Part shown: piece after piece, positions 1 to 13,339 of the stretch
Layout: every line of letters starts with the position of its first letter
Position numbering within the stretch: position 1 is the stretch's first letter
Assembly (NCBI GenBank): GCA_002269645.1
Contig: NIVC01000412.1
Span: 868,001 to 932,000 of the forward strand
Direction of reading: 5' to 3'
Length of the DNA: 64,000 bases
Origin: Macrostomum lignano
Taxonomy: Eukaryota
The notes under the pieces: generated by a model
The model's database searches: none
What the model was told of the DNA's origin: nothing
Seen by the model: only the letters and a program-made list of their open reading frames with translations
Program-made: the position numbers and the translations under genes

Positions 1-379
1 GATCATTGCAGACTGCAAAGGGGACAAACTGCAAACTGCTGACGTTGGTTAGTTTCTCGAGACTTGAGCGTATAAGCTGCAAACTGCCTAGGGGATAGCT
101 GCAGACTGCTAGGATAATAATGGCAGACTTCTGAGGCGGATATCTAACTGTGAATAATTGTAGCTTGCAGAAGGGACAATTATGGGTCCCTGAGGGATAA
201 ATGAATAATAATAATAAAAGTTGTAGAGTGCAAATGAGTTGTATGACTGCAGTCTGTTTTGCGGAATTAGAAGGGATAATTTCAGGTTGTTGTGGGGATA
301 ACTGCCAATTTCTGGGGAGGGTTTAACTTTAAACTTCTGAGGCGATAATAGTAGTCACCTTTTAGCAGTTTGGAAGTGG

Positions 380-1225
380 TGCTAATCTGGGGAGCGGTGC
401 TAATCTAAGGGAGTGGGGCTAATATAAAGGAGTGGGGGGGCTAATCTGGCGGATTGGGGCTAATCTGGAGGAAGTAGCGGTGCGAATTTTTGCGGAGTGG
501 TGCAAATCTGGAGAAGTAGTGCTAATCTGGGGAGGTGAAACTATCTGGGAAGCGGCGGTAATCTGTGGAGCGGTGCTAATCTAGGCTGAGTGCTAATCTG
601 GGCTAAGTGCTAATCTGGGCTGAGTGCTAATCTTGGCTGAGTGCTAATCTGGGCTGAGTGCTAATCTGGGCTGAGTGCTAATCTAGGCTGAGTGCTAATC
701 TGGGCTGAGTGCTAATCTGGGCTGAGTGCTAATCTGGGCTGAGTGCTAATCTGGGCTGAGTGCTAATCTGGGCTGAGTGCTAATCTGGGCTGAGTGCTAA
801 TCTGGGCTGAGTGCTAATCTAGGCTGAGTGCTAATCTGGGCTGAGTGCTAATCTAGGCTGAGTGCTAATCTGGGCTGAGTGCTAATCTGGGCTGAGTGCT
901 AATCTAGGCTGAGTGCTAATCTGGGCTGAGTGCTAATCTGGGCTGAGTGCTAATCTGGGCTGAGTGCTAATCTAGGCTGAGTGCTAATCTGGGCTGAGTG
1001 CTAATCTGGGCTGAGTGCTAATCTGGGCTGAGTGCTAATCTGGGCTGAGTGCTAATCTAGGCTGAGTGCTACTCTAGGCTGAGTGCTAATCTGGGCTGAG
1101 TGCTAATCTGGGCTGAGTGCTAATCTGGGCGCAGTGCTAATCTGGGCGTAGTGCTAATCTGGGGGAAGTGGGGCTAATCTGGGGGTGTAGGGCTAATGTG
1201 GGAGAATAGTGCTAATCTGGTGAGC
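380..1225. repeat. 17-bp minisatellite (GCTAATCTGGGCTGAGT)n, homogeneous ~575-1130 with degenerate flanks
   Basis: About 33 near-identical units, CTGG/CTAG variants; directly visible. Confidence 0.95.
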
Positions 1226-2084
1226 ATTTGAAAATAATGAATAATCATAAAAGAACTATAAATGAATTGACACTGCAAAGTTTCAAACATTAAGAAATGT
1301 AACTGTTTAGAACTTTTTAGTCTCAGTAAAATTAATGTACAACTGCTTAGAGATTTGCTACTGCAGAACTTCTAGGAGATTAGTGAGATTTGCTCAGCGA
1401 CTGTGCAAAACTGCTTATATACAAGCGCTAAACTGCTAAGAAGCCACCCACCCGGAGGGGGGCTAAATGGCTAGTCCTATATACTAAAAATGAAATGTCT
1501 GTAGCTATGCGATAGATTTCAGAAAAAATGGCTCAACCGATTTTCTTCAAACTTGCACCATTCGAACAGAAATTTTCCTGGGACGGTACATGCATCTTGG
1601 CTAAGAAATTGCTCAATGTTAAAGGGATTAAATATTCGAAAAACATGCTTTTTTGCAAAGGTCAAGCCAAATTTTCGACTTGAAATGCATTGTAAGAATT
1701 CTAGAGAAAAAACTGACTGACTGAATTCCGATTGTGATAAAGATTGCATCACAACAAGTTGAAAACAGTGCCGAAGAAATGCACACACGACTTGATTAAA
1801 ATTGCGTAACCATATTGATAACTTAAATTGAGACTGATTCTGGCTGACTGAGAAATTGATTATGTCATAACTTTTTACTCCGATTGACTTGCTGTAAGAA
1901 TTGAATTATAAGGGCCACAATTCATGTTCTCCAATTGAAAAGAGATAGCCCTGATGCGAACAGACTGGAATGCTAATGTAGCAACCTGGGTTCGAATCTT
2001 AGTAGTACAAAAAGATTTTTTTTATTAAAACACCTTAAAAACACAACAAAACTGCTAAACATCAAAGAAGCGCAATGTCAAACA

Positions 2085-3460
2085 TAGAAGAGCCACCATG
2101 TCGAACATAAAAGAGCCACCATGTCAAACATAAAAGAGCCACCATGTCAAACATAAAAGAGCCACCATGTCAAACATAAAAGAGCCACCATGTCAAACAT
2201 AAAAGAGCCACCAGCTCAAACATAAAAGAGCCACCATGTCAAACATAAAAGAGCCACCATTTTGAACATTAAAGAGCCACCATGTCAAACAATTAGAAGC
2301 CACCATGTCAAACATTAAAGAGCCACCATGTCGAACATTAAAGAGCCACCATGTCAAACATTTAGGAGCCACCATGTCAAACATTAAAGAGCCACTTTGT
2401 CGAACATTAAAGAGCCACCATGTCAAACATAAAAGAGCCAACATATCAGACATTAAAAAGCGACCGTATCAAACATAAAAGAGTTACCATGTAGAACAAA
2501 AAAGATCCACCAGGTCGAACAAAAAAGAGCCACCATGAAGAACATTAAGGAGCCACCATTTCGAACATTAAAGAGCCACCATGTCGAACCTTAAAGAGCC
2601 ACCATGTTAAACATAGAAGAGCCACCATGTCAGATGTTAAAAAGAGCCACCATGTCAGATGTTAAAAAGAGCCACCATGTCGAACATATATGTGACTTTA
2701 TGTCAAACATATATTTGACTTTATGTCAAACATATATGTGACTTTATGTCAAACATATATGTGACTTTATGTCAAACATTAAAGTGCCACCATATCGAAC
2801 ATTAAAGAGCCACCATGTCTAACAGTAAAGAGCCACCATGTCGAACATTAAAGAACCACCATGTCGAACATTAAAGAGCCACCATGTCAAACCTAAAAGA
2901 GCCACCATGTCGAACATTAAAGAGCCACCATGTCAAACATAAATCTGGCATGATGTCAAACATTAAAGTGCCACCATATCAAACATTAAAGAGCCACCAT
3001 GTCTAACAGTAAAGAGCCACCATGTCGAACATTAAAGGGCCACCATGTAGAACATTAAAGAGCCACCATGTCGAACATTAAAGAACCACCATGTCAAAAA
3101 TTAAAGGACCACCATGTCGAACATTAAAGAGCCACCATGTCAAAAATAGAAGAGCCACCATGTCAAACATAGAAGAGCCACCATGTCTAACATTAAAGAG
3201 CCACTATGTCGAAAATTAAAGAGCCACCATGTCTAACATTAAAGAGCCACCATGTCGAACATTAAAGAACCACCATGTCGAACATTAAAGAGCCACCATG
3301 TAAAACATTAAAGAGCCACATTGTTAAACATAGAAGAGCCACCATGTCTAACATTAAAGAACTACCATGCCGAACATTAAAGAGCTACCATGTCTAACAT
3401 TAAAAAGCCACCATGTCTAACATTAAAGAGCCACCATGTCTAACAGTAAAAAGCCACCAT
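2085..3460. repeat. 23-bp minisatellite (ATGTCAAACATAAAAGAGCCACC)n inside Helitron unit A
   Basis: Period 23 counted directly. Confidence 0.95.
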
Positions 3461-3464
3461 GTCG

Positions 3465-3990
3465 CCTGCTATCTGGGGGTGCTTGCTATCTGGGAGAGCC
3501 TGCTATCTGGGGGTGCTTGCTATCTGGTGGTGCTTTCTATCTGGGGGTGCTTGCTATCTGGAGGTGCTTGCTATCTGGGGGTGCCTGCTATCTGGGGGTG
3601 CCTGCTATCTGGGGGTGCTAGCTATCTGGTGGTGCTTGCTATCTGGGGGTGCTTGCTATCTGGGGTGCTTGCTATCTGGGGTGCTTGCTATCTGGGGGTG
3701 CCTGCTATCTGGGGGTGCCTGCTATCTGGGGGATGCTTGCTATCTGGGGGATGCTTGCTATCTGGGGGATGCTTGCTATCTGGGGGATGCTTTCTATTTG
3801 GGGGATGCTTGCTATCTGGGGGATGCTTGCTATCTAGGGGATGCTTGCTATCTGGGGGATGCTTGCTATCTAGGGGATGCTTGCTATCTGGGATGCTTGC
3901 TATCTGGGTGATGCATGCTATCTGGGGGGAGCCTGCTATCTGGGGCATGCTTGCTATCTGGAGGTGCTTGCTATCTGGGGGGATGCTTGC
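3465..3990. repeat. 17/18-bp minisatellite (GCTATCTGGGGG[A]TGCTT)n
   Basis: Tandem units; explains the spurious GCLLSG ORFs. Confidence 0.95.
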
Positions 3991-4729
3991 TGACTTGAAA
4001 TGGATGTTTTCTTTTCGCATTGCACTTCATCTGAGCAGTTTTTCTATTGACTATGTGAAGGCTTTGTTTGGCCATCTTATTGATACTTGTAGAGAACAGA
4101 GATTCTATCTAGATGTCCCCCATCGGGGGGCGAAGATTGCTAGTCCTATATACTAAAAATGAGTTGCTTGTTTGTACGCAATCGATTAGAGAAAAAATGG
4201 CTGGACCGATTTTCTTCGAACTTGCACTGTTCGATCAGAAATTTTCCCGTGACGGTACATGCATCTTGGCTAAGAAATTGCTCCATGTTAAAGCGATTAA
4301 ATATTCGAAAAACATGCTTTTTTGCAAAGGTCAAGCAAACTTTTCGACTTGAAATGCATTGTAATAATGCTAGAGAAAAAACTGACTGGTTGAATTCTGA
4401 TTCTGAAATAGATTGCATCATAACTGAATTGTAACTCCAACTTGAATTGAAAATGCAGTGTGGAAGCGTAGCACCAGACTTAGATTGCGTAACCATATTC
4501 TCAACTTTAATTGAGACTGATACTGACTTGCCTGGGAAATTGATTATGTCATAACTGCTTCGTGAGTGAGTGTTGAATTATATAAGTGCTACAATTTCAT
4601 TTATAAATTCGATAAGAGCTAGCCTAGATGTGAACAGACTGGACTGCAAATGCAGCGACCTGGGTTCGAATCTTAGTAGTGAAAAGTTTTTTATTAAAAG
4701 CTTTTATTCAAGGACAAATAAAGGACAAA

Positions 4730-5340
4730 AGGCGTCATGTAAAAAATCATAGAAGCGACATGAAACAATCATAGAAGCGTCATGTAAAAATCATAGAAGC
4801 GTCATGTAAAAATCATAGAAGCGTCATTTAAAAAATCATTGAAGCGTCATGTAAAAAATCATAGAAGCGTCATGTAAACAATCATAGAAGCGTCATGTAA
4901 ACAATCATAGAAGCGTCATGTTAAAAATCATAGAAGCGTCATGTAAAAAATCATAGAAGCGTCATGTAAACAATCATAGAAGCGTCATGTAAACAATCAT
5001 AGAAGCGTCATGTAAAAAGCATAGAAGCGTCATGTAAAAAGCATAGAAGCGTCATATAAAACTCATAGAAGCGTCATGTAAAAAGCATAGAAGCGTCATA
5101 TAAAACTCATAGAAGCGTCATTTAAAAAAATCATAGAAGCGTCATGTAAACAATCATAGAAGCGTCGTGTAAAAAATCATGGAAGCGTCATGTAAACAAT
5201 CATAGAAGCGTCATATAAAAATCATACAAGCGTCATTTAAAAAAATCATAGAAGTTTCATGTAAACAATCATAGAAGCGTCATGTAAAAAATCATAGAAG
5301 CGTCATGTAAAATATCATAGAAGCGTCGTATAAAAATCAT
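4730..5340. repeat. 22/23-bp minisatellite (AGAAGCGTCATGTAAAAATCAT)n inside Helitron unit B
   Basis: Tandem units directly visible. Confidence 0.93.
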
Positions 5341-6257
5341 AGAAGCCTCCTTTAAAAACTAATGAAAGTGTCATTTAAAAAATTAAGAAGCATCATGGTA
5401 GAATAAAAGAAGCGTCATGTCAGACATGAAAGGTGTCATGTAAAAATTAAATGAAGCTATAGTGCTGGGCTAGGGAGAAAAACTGAGATGTCAAGGCTCA
5501 CAGAGAATAACTGCTGAGATTACGGAGGGGGTTTCTGAGATGTCAAAGCAAAAGTCAGAAGCTACTTCAAAGTTCATGTACTTTACTCAATTTTTTTATT
5601 ACATTCTTTGTTGGCTCGCCACAGGGGGGGGGCGCTGATAGAAGAAGAGTCATGTAAAAAATAAAAGTAGCACTATGTATACATAAAAGAAGAGTCATGT
5701 CGAAGTTAAAAGATTCCTTTGGGAATTGCTACGATGTCAAAGCTTGGTGGAAATCGTTATAGTGCTGTGATTCTTAAAGAAGGAATCACTAAAATGTCAA
5801 GGCTTAGGGGAGAAGAATTGCTGAGATTTCAAGACTTTAGGTTGGGTTAAAGTTAGGTTTAGGTCAGGTTTGGGTTGAGGGTTATATTTTATCGGGTTTC
5901 AAGGTTAACGGGGGGTTTTTTAGATTTCAAGGTTTATGGAGGCCATCGCTGACATGTCAAGGCTTACGGGGGGAATAGCTGACATGTCAAGGCTCACGGG
6001 GGTATAAATGAGATTTCAAGGCTAAAGTCAGAAGCTACATGTAGTTTATTGAAAACTTTTTATTACATTATTTGATGCCTCCTCAGGGGAGGGATCGCTG
6101 ATAAAAAAAGCGTAATGTAAAAAATAAAAGAAGCTTCATGTCGAAGTGAAGAGATGCATTTGGGAATCCCTACGATGTCGAGGCTTGCAGGGAATCGCTA
6201 TAATGCTGTAGTAGTGCAATAATGACTCTTAGAGAGAATTACTGAAATGTCAATGCT

Positions 6258-6307
6258 TTAGGGTTGGGTTAGGGTTAGGGTTAGGGTTAGGCTAGGGTTA
6301 GGGTTAG
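6258..6307 (+). repeat. Interstitial telomeric-type (TTAGGG)n tract
   Basis: About 8 TTAGGG-like units; degenerate second copy ~5838-5884. Confidence 0.8.
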
Positions 6308-7704
6308 AAGGTTGACAGATATTTTTAGATTTCCAAGGCTTATTGGGGGCATTGCTGAGATGTCAAGGGGGGAAGTTGATATGTTAAAGCTTGTGGGGGG
6401 GGGAATTACTGACATTTCAAGGCTGACAAGTTTTGACAGGAGATATTTAAGATTTCAAGGATACATGTAGCTTATTAAAAAAACGTGTATTGCATTTCTT
6501 TGGCTCCCCAACGGGGGGCGTAGATTGCTAGTCTATACTAGATATAATGTCTGGCCATACTAGTAGTCATAATAACATAGGCGCAGCTTTTTGGGTCATA
6601 AATCATCGCTTTCAAAGTTGGTCTGACAGCCACCTGCGCCTCACTCAGTGTTGAAGCGGGCGCCAGATGGTCTGAGAGGATGCGGGCGGTAGCTTTTTTC
6701 TCATCATTTTGACAGGCCATCAAGATTTATGAGATCAGAGCCTATTGTTCGTGTTCACTCAAGCGTGTGACAGCTTTGACAGCTATGCGTTTTACCCCTA
6801 AAAGTACCTTGGGATTAGCGATTAGCAATTTCTCTTCATTATCTTCACTTTCTATTTAATAAGAGCTTTCTAATGTATATTTTTTCATTAATTTCTGTCA
6901 ATCCTACGCGAAAAGTCATAAATCATTTTGTTGCGATTTTGATTGATTTATGGCCGCACCTGTCATCTTTTTACGACCCTGTGGGAACTGATAGGATCTC
7001 TCGGTCACGTGATTCTGGGTAGCAACAAGCTTAGCCAATCAGAAAATTCGGCGCTCATTTTAACAAAACGGCTCAGCCAATCAGAATCGACGTGTTCCAT
7101 TATAACAAACTGCGGTCCAGTTGGTGGCTATTTAAACCGGAGTTTTTGGCCCGCTCGGACTCAACTTTGGCTCGGGCCCAGCGCGCAACTTCTGGTTCCC
7201 GGAGCACGACCGTCGTTTCTTGATCCCCGGATTGCGACTGCCCCCCATCATCATCAAGGACGAGTCCCCCGGTCATCAGCAGTGAACATCAAGTTAAGAG
7301 CATCACCTGCTAGCTAACAGCGAAGATTGTGACAGCATCATCCCGAGTCTACAGCTGCAGAGCATCGAGCCGATTCGGTCACTGTGGATTACCTGGTCTC
7401 CGGCTGTTGAGTTTCTGATTGGTTGGGTGAGCTGAGGCTACCTAGACTTGCTTGATTGGGTGATCCCCTTTTCTGTCCCCTGTTGCAGTAGCTGAATTAG
7501 GCGCACACTTTTGCTCATTTTGTTCAGTAGTGCTGTTGCTGAGGCAGGAATCTTTCAATAATACTGCTAGTAGTCTAAGACTCCAATTCAATCTGAAGTG
7601 TGAAGTGAACTAAGGAGAAGGTTAAATCTAACAGTTATTTTTATCGGTTTTATTTCTTTGTTCGCCGATGGCTCAGATGAGTAGCTAAGCTAGTAGGCGC
7701 CGGT

Positions 7705-10286
7705 CACAGCCCAAGCAAGGCAGTACGTCGCCTCGACGTCGCTATGAAGTCGCCATTGGTCGCCATCGTCGCGGGCAAATATTGGTTGCAATGTTATAGT
7801 CCGGGCGACGTCATCTTGCGACGTAGGCTTTTTTTCAAAAATTATTTGATATGCTATAGAAGATCTTATATCCTTCCTTAAATCGGAATAACTTTTTTAT
7901 GAATTTTTAAACTAGTTGAGCTGAACTATCCTTTATTTCTACACGAAGGTTATTTGTTCGTTTGTTATACGATGGATAGTAAAATTTTCTTGATCGAAGT
8001 AGCAAAATACGAACTGTTTCTTTTGACAATAAGTAAATTTACTGATTAATAGTGACAGAAGTAGTAGCTAAATAATTAATTCTGGATTTGATCTCTGTAC
8101 CTTGTGTGGTATAATATTATTTGGCCAAACCAAAAGGCTTGTCAAATCAAGTTCATAAAGTGGAGCCTGTTCCTTAGTAACCTATGATGCTATGTACACA
8201 AATGATATCATTCTGCTTACAATGACATTAGAAAGCTGGGTTTGGAAAAAAAGCAATAAAAATTGGACTTTAAATAGGGGAAAACAAGCAAGGGGATAAT
8301 AGAGACTTTATTTTATAAGCTTAAGTTGGCCTTTTATATTGTTAGGCCTTTATTTATTATATTTAATAATGTAGACTATTGACTAGACCTAGGCTATCTA
8401 TATCTAATAAGATATGATTTAAAAAATTATTTATATTTATAATGACTATACATATTATTGTTAATAGTTAGGCCCTAACTTTATTTAATCTAAGCTTTGG
8501 CCAAAATTCATATTTTGAAAATTAGTCTAATGTACTATTAATTAAGAATTTAAGAGGTTAGTTTATAGATTTTTTTGCATTTTTTAGGCCTATACTTTTA
8601 TAATGACTATATATTGGGATTGCTATTAGCACGCCATTGATTAGGCCTTATTTTGTCTATTTATTTTAAATTGCTTTATAATTTATGCTCTGAAAACTTC
8701 GCTTTGAAAACTTAACCAATTTCTATGTCTAACTTGGCTTTTAGGTAAGCCTATTATTTTTTGCCTTTTATCCCTCAATTTATTGATAGAAATTAAAAAA
8801 ATTCTAATAAAATCTTATAAAATTATTAAATATCTAATAAATTAAAAATTAAATTAATGTAATTAACTAAAAAGGCCTAGGCCCTATAAATCTTTACATT
8901 AAATAATAGGCCTAGCTACCTATAGATTATTTAAAATTGATTTTTATAAGCTTTTACTCTATGTATTTCCTTGAAAAAATATTCATTTTTTGTTTCTTAT
9001 ATACAGATAATATATTTTTATCAAATTTTGCATTGCAGATGGCATACTTTGCCCAAGAAGTTACATAATGTCATGCTCCTATCATGTGCATCAGATAAGG
9101 CAATTGCAGCTAATTACAGCAGAATACCAAAGAGATTATGTCAACACAAAGCCTGAGGAACATTCATGAGCATTAAGCAAGTCCATCAGGACATCAGCAA
9201 GACAATAACTGGACAAGTGCAAGAACTTCCATTTCTGTATTTCCTGATGCATCTGAGTCATGATATGGAGGACCATGGCAAAGTTGGCTGCTTTCAGTGT
9301 CCCACCATTTCTTTTTAAGAATAGTGAGTATGCTTAATGCTTAAAGTCAGATATTTCAAGTTAGAAAAATGAAACTTAATATATTTTTGCATTCGTTTTC
9401 TTTAAAGATGTCAGCAAAATTCAGAAACTGTTAAAAGATGCTTGCTTTGTTGCTTTGTGGCATCAATTTCTCAACAGCAGGATTTTGCTGGCAGTTTACC
9501 ATTCAAGCCCCAAAGGTTAGTTCTTCTGTCACTGTGCATATTTTTGTTAACTAATATTTCTTTCCTGTTGTAAAATGATAATGTTCAGCATTGTAGTCCA
9601 ATTGTCACTAATGTACTGATAAATTTCATTGCAGCATAATTGCTTTGTCCACAAGCTGTGCATGCAGTGCAGTTCCGTCGCCGGCTCCAGGACCTAGTTC
9701 TCTGCAGTCTGAATCGAGGGGCACTTGATGAGAAGGAAATGGTTCGATTTAAGTAATAATTATGCTGCCAACATGTTGTAAGGTTTAACTGGAAAATCTG
9801 GAGCAATTTTGTTTGACACTTTTTTATTGTTCCTTTGACCCTTCTCAGTGAGTAAAATATCTGCACTTCAAAATGCATTTGTAAATTCAAAATCATTTGT
9901 TTTTGAGTGTAACTGTGTAAAAATTACTTTTCTGATAATAATAACTAAATTAACCAACAAAAAACCTTTTTGAATTGAATTATATTGAATAATTTATAAA
10001 TTCAATCAAGATATTTAACCAGAGCAAGGTAGCTTAATAATCTTCGTTTAATTTCATCTATAATCTTAGTAAAAATTAATTGAATTATGATTTCGAGATT
10101 CGCACTATATTGAAGGTGCTAAGCAATCTGTAATAGATGGTCGCCGTTTGGTCGCCAGTGCGTGAAATTCTGACGTCGCCTGGGGTCGTAATGGCGACGT
10201 CGCCGCGCGCGACAAAATGGCTGGTTTGGCGACGTTATTTTGCGACGTGTTAGCGACGTCGAGGCAACAGCATTGCTTTGACTGGG
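7705..10286. mobile_element. Candidate non-autonomous CACTA/EnSpm-like DNA transposon
   Basis: Imperfect inverted termini CACAGCCCAAGCAAGG..GCCTCGACGTCGCTA (7705-7744) and TAGCGACGTCGAGGC..TTTGACTGGG (10251-10286). Many subterminal GCGACGTCG-like motifs at both ends. No clear TSD. Confidence 0.5.
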
Positions 10287-12643
10287 AGTGGACCAATGGC
10301 AAGGCAGTTCTCAGTCGACCAATCTATCAAATCAGTGAGCAAAACTGCCAGAAGTGCAGAATCGGCGCCAGAGATGTACTTTGTGCACTCTAGGGTAGCC
10401 AAGCGGCTAGGGTAAATGAATCATGCGGTCTCTGAAGTTCGAGTTAGCCTATCATCAGCGCTATGAGAGGCTAGTTGGCGCGTTGAAGGCCAAAAGTATA
10501 TATCTTCCTATTTAGCAATGTAATAGTACATGTAGCTACCCCATAGACTCGCCACCGCAAGAATCCCCTGCACAAGTCCCCTCTGTACCTGCATGGCCAA
10601 TGCGATCTAGTCCCAGCAGTGTCCCTTATCATCGGCTATGACTTCGAGATTGACAGCAAAAAGACACTAGTTGGCAGGTAAGTGCAAAGCCCCTTCTAGT
10701 CGGAAGCCCGATTTCGAGAGTCCCGGTGTGGTGAGCCAGGGCGCACGGGCTGGTGGCAGCAAGTTAGTTGATCTGCGGATTTGCTAATTTCTACTTTCAA
10801 AATTCTCCCTGCTCGTCTCTCGCTGTCCCTCTCTTAGCTATAGGACCTAGACTGCTCGCCACACGATCAAGCTACCATGGGGCTGACCATCTGACAGGAG
10901 TGGGGGGCCAGGTCTCTAATTGATTTATTTCTGAGCCTGAGGCCCGAAGGCTTCCCTAACAAGGAGCCCGAATGTCGAAACCCATCATCACATATGCAGT
11001 ACATCGTGTAGAGTCGTTCGCACTGTCGCAGTGTACATGTACTACTGTGTCAAAAAAGGCAAGAATTCCTTGGACAAACTGAGTCTAGAAATTCAAGAAA
11101 TATGAGTGGAGTGTTGCTTAGGCAAACTATATTTCTGCAAAAGTTTCAAAGTTTATACCAACTATTTACTGATAATCTTTAGCTTATAACTTTTGAATTT
11201 TTTTAAAGAGCTAACAAAATTATTTAAATATTGAAAGACGGTACGTATAATAGTAAAACTATACCCTATAAGAAATGTCTTTTTGTTTAACTTGTGTCAT
11301 TTTTTCATAGAAGCGGTACTACTTTTGAATGCGCATACTGTAGTCGTTTCTTAGGTGTGGTGTGTGTGACTACCGAACCTTTGAGACTTAGTTGTGGTGT
11401 GCAGCATACTATTTACTTAAAAGTGATGCACACCAAATGTGCACGCCTACTTTTGGCATACAAGGCCAATGCATGCCTGAATTTTTGGGCGTATACTAGG
11501 GCCTATATGATCCAAATTGTGGATTAACTAGTAATCTAGTGCCCCCGTGGCCCCGTTGGGCGTTAGGGCTTTTAATAAGTAAGGAGCAAAATTTATTTAT
11601 GCAAATCCATTTAAAAAGAACAGCTTCCTAAGTACAAATTCCTTCCTTAGTTTTATAAATTACTTTAGGGCCTACTTTTATAAAATTAAAAAAATTGTCA
11701 CAAAGACTAGGCCTAGATGTTTGCTAAATAAAAACCTCTTTTTGGGTCTCCCTAAAACATGCACTGCACCGCCCTGCAGCGCTACACATTAAAACAAATT
11801 GGACTATAACTGAAGACATTTCAAAATGTGTTTTCTGTCAGGGGTTCATCCAGAGGTTTCAGGATAGTGGGCCCAGTTAGGCCCAGAGCAGAGCCCAGTA
11901 AAAACTGAAGAGGCACGGAAGTGTTAGTGTAGGATTGCCGCAATGCCAACATCTTAAATTGAGTTTTTTAATTATTATAAAAGCTAATTTTTACTAAAAA
12001 GTAAAAATGACTTCCAAAAAACAATGTAGACCAATTAGGTAACAAACAAATTTGGTGACAGAGATTCACAATGGACCAATTTGGCGAAAACAATTTTGGC
12101 AAAAATCCAGGCAAATTTGGCAAATATTAATACAAGGATTAGGAAAAAATTGTGTATAATTTGGATAATTTGTTTAGTACAATGGTCAATGGTATTCTTT
12201 AATGCATAGGCCCCTATTACTAATATAGTATTAGCTTTCCCTTTTAATTTAGTTTGTTTTATCTATCATTTATTCTTATAAGTATTGAAAGTCCTTTCTA
12301 AGAAATGTTTGTTAATTTAAGGTTGGGCAGCCTTGTAATAAGCAAAAACCTTTGAGACTTAGAAAAAACAAGAGAATCAATTTTCTTGTATGCCTAGGCC
12401 CTAATAAGGTTCTTCTATTGGTTACAATATCAGGGACTTAGGCCTTTATTATATGTAATTTGCTTTAACTTAATTGTCTTTAGCTATAAAAAGACATATC
12501 ACCAACTTTGCTTAGATTGTTGCCGAATATGCTTTTGCCCAATTTTTTTATGTTAAATTTCTATAGACTATTGCTAAATTTGTTTGTCGCTGAATTTGTA
12601 TGCATTCCAAAAAATCTTGCAAAGAATGAATGCAATAGCTAAG

Positions 12644-13137
12644 CCACACTCCAGATCATATAGTATATGCCCAAAAATTCGGGCGTGCATTGGCCTTGCA
12701 TGCCAAAATCAGGTATGCACAGTTGGCGTGCATCACTCCTGAGAAAAAAGTATACGTGCACACCTGGCGTGCACTTTATAGAATAATGCGTAAGAGTTAT
12801 TGTAAAGTAGAAAAAAGATGAAAAAAGTTCATTTTTAGGCGCAAATTTCAAGCTTTCTGTTTTTTTCCAGCTCGTAAGAGAGTATTTAAACAAATCTTTG
12901 CATGTATAAACTTTTTGCTATAAATAGTATCACCCAAAAAGCCTTAAAAGCAACAAAAATTATCTAATAACAAGGGTCTATTACGAAATTTTATTGTCAC
13001 AACGTAAAAAAGGTCATTTATCGTCGCAACACCGGCGTATTTTTGAGAATGAGGGCACTAATTTTTTTGGCATGCATTTGTAATTATTCAATTTTTGTTC
13101 GGGCGTGCACCCACACCCAGCATGATCTGGACTATGG
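12644..13137. mobile_element. MITE with 8-bp TSD (TAGCTAAG), nested in the 11744-15077 element
   Basis: TIR CCA(C/T)A(C/G)TCCAGATCAT; TSD at 12636-12643 and 13138-13145. Confidence 0.8.
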
Positions 13138-13339
13138 TAGCTAAGTTGATTTAGCTAACATTCTAAATGTTTTTTTGCCTAAGAACACTTTTTAGGATTT
13201 ACAATTGGAAAATTTTTGAATAGAAAGCTAAACACAAATTCATTTAACTTTATAATTTACTTTTTCTAGCAGATTCTCATCAAAAAACTCTGTTGGTTCA
13301 TTTAATTATTGGCTAATCTCTGTATTAAATTATTTTTAC

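Larger units (their letters stand above)
1475..4143 (+). mobile_element. Non-autonomous Helitron-like unit A
   Basis: Starts TCCTATATACTAAAAATG immediately after hairpin+CTAG (1471-1474). Ends with CCCCC-ATC-GGGGG hairpin and CTAG (4140-4143). First ~550 bp is homologous to 4144-4700. Confidence 0.75.
4144..6531 (+). mobile_element. Non-autonomous Helitron-like unit B
   Basis: TCCTATATACTAAAAATG start. 3' end CCCCAACGGGGGGCGTAGATTGCTAG (CTAG at 6528-6531). Internal ~480-bp duplication (about 5550-6020 and 6020-6480). Confidence 0.75.

Noticed and set aside
3413-4156. Cys-rich ORFs GCLLSG/ACYLG
   Set aside because: Translations of a 17/18-bp minisatellite inside a Helitron-like unit
10930-10990. 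Possible hammerhead ribozyme (hairpin flanked by CTGA and GAAA)
   Set aside because: The core CUGANGA and stem III/UH geometry are not satisfied
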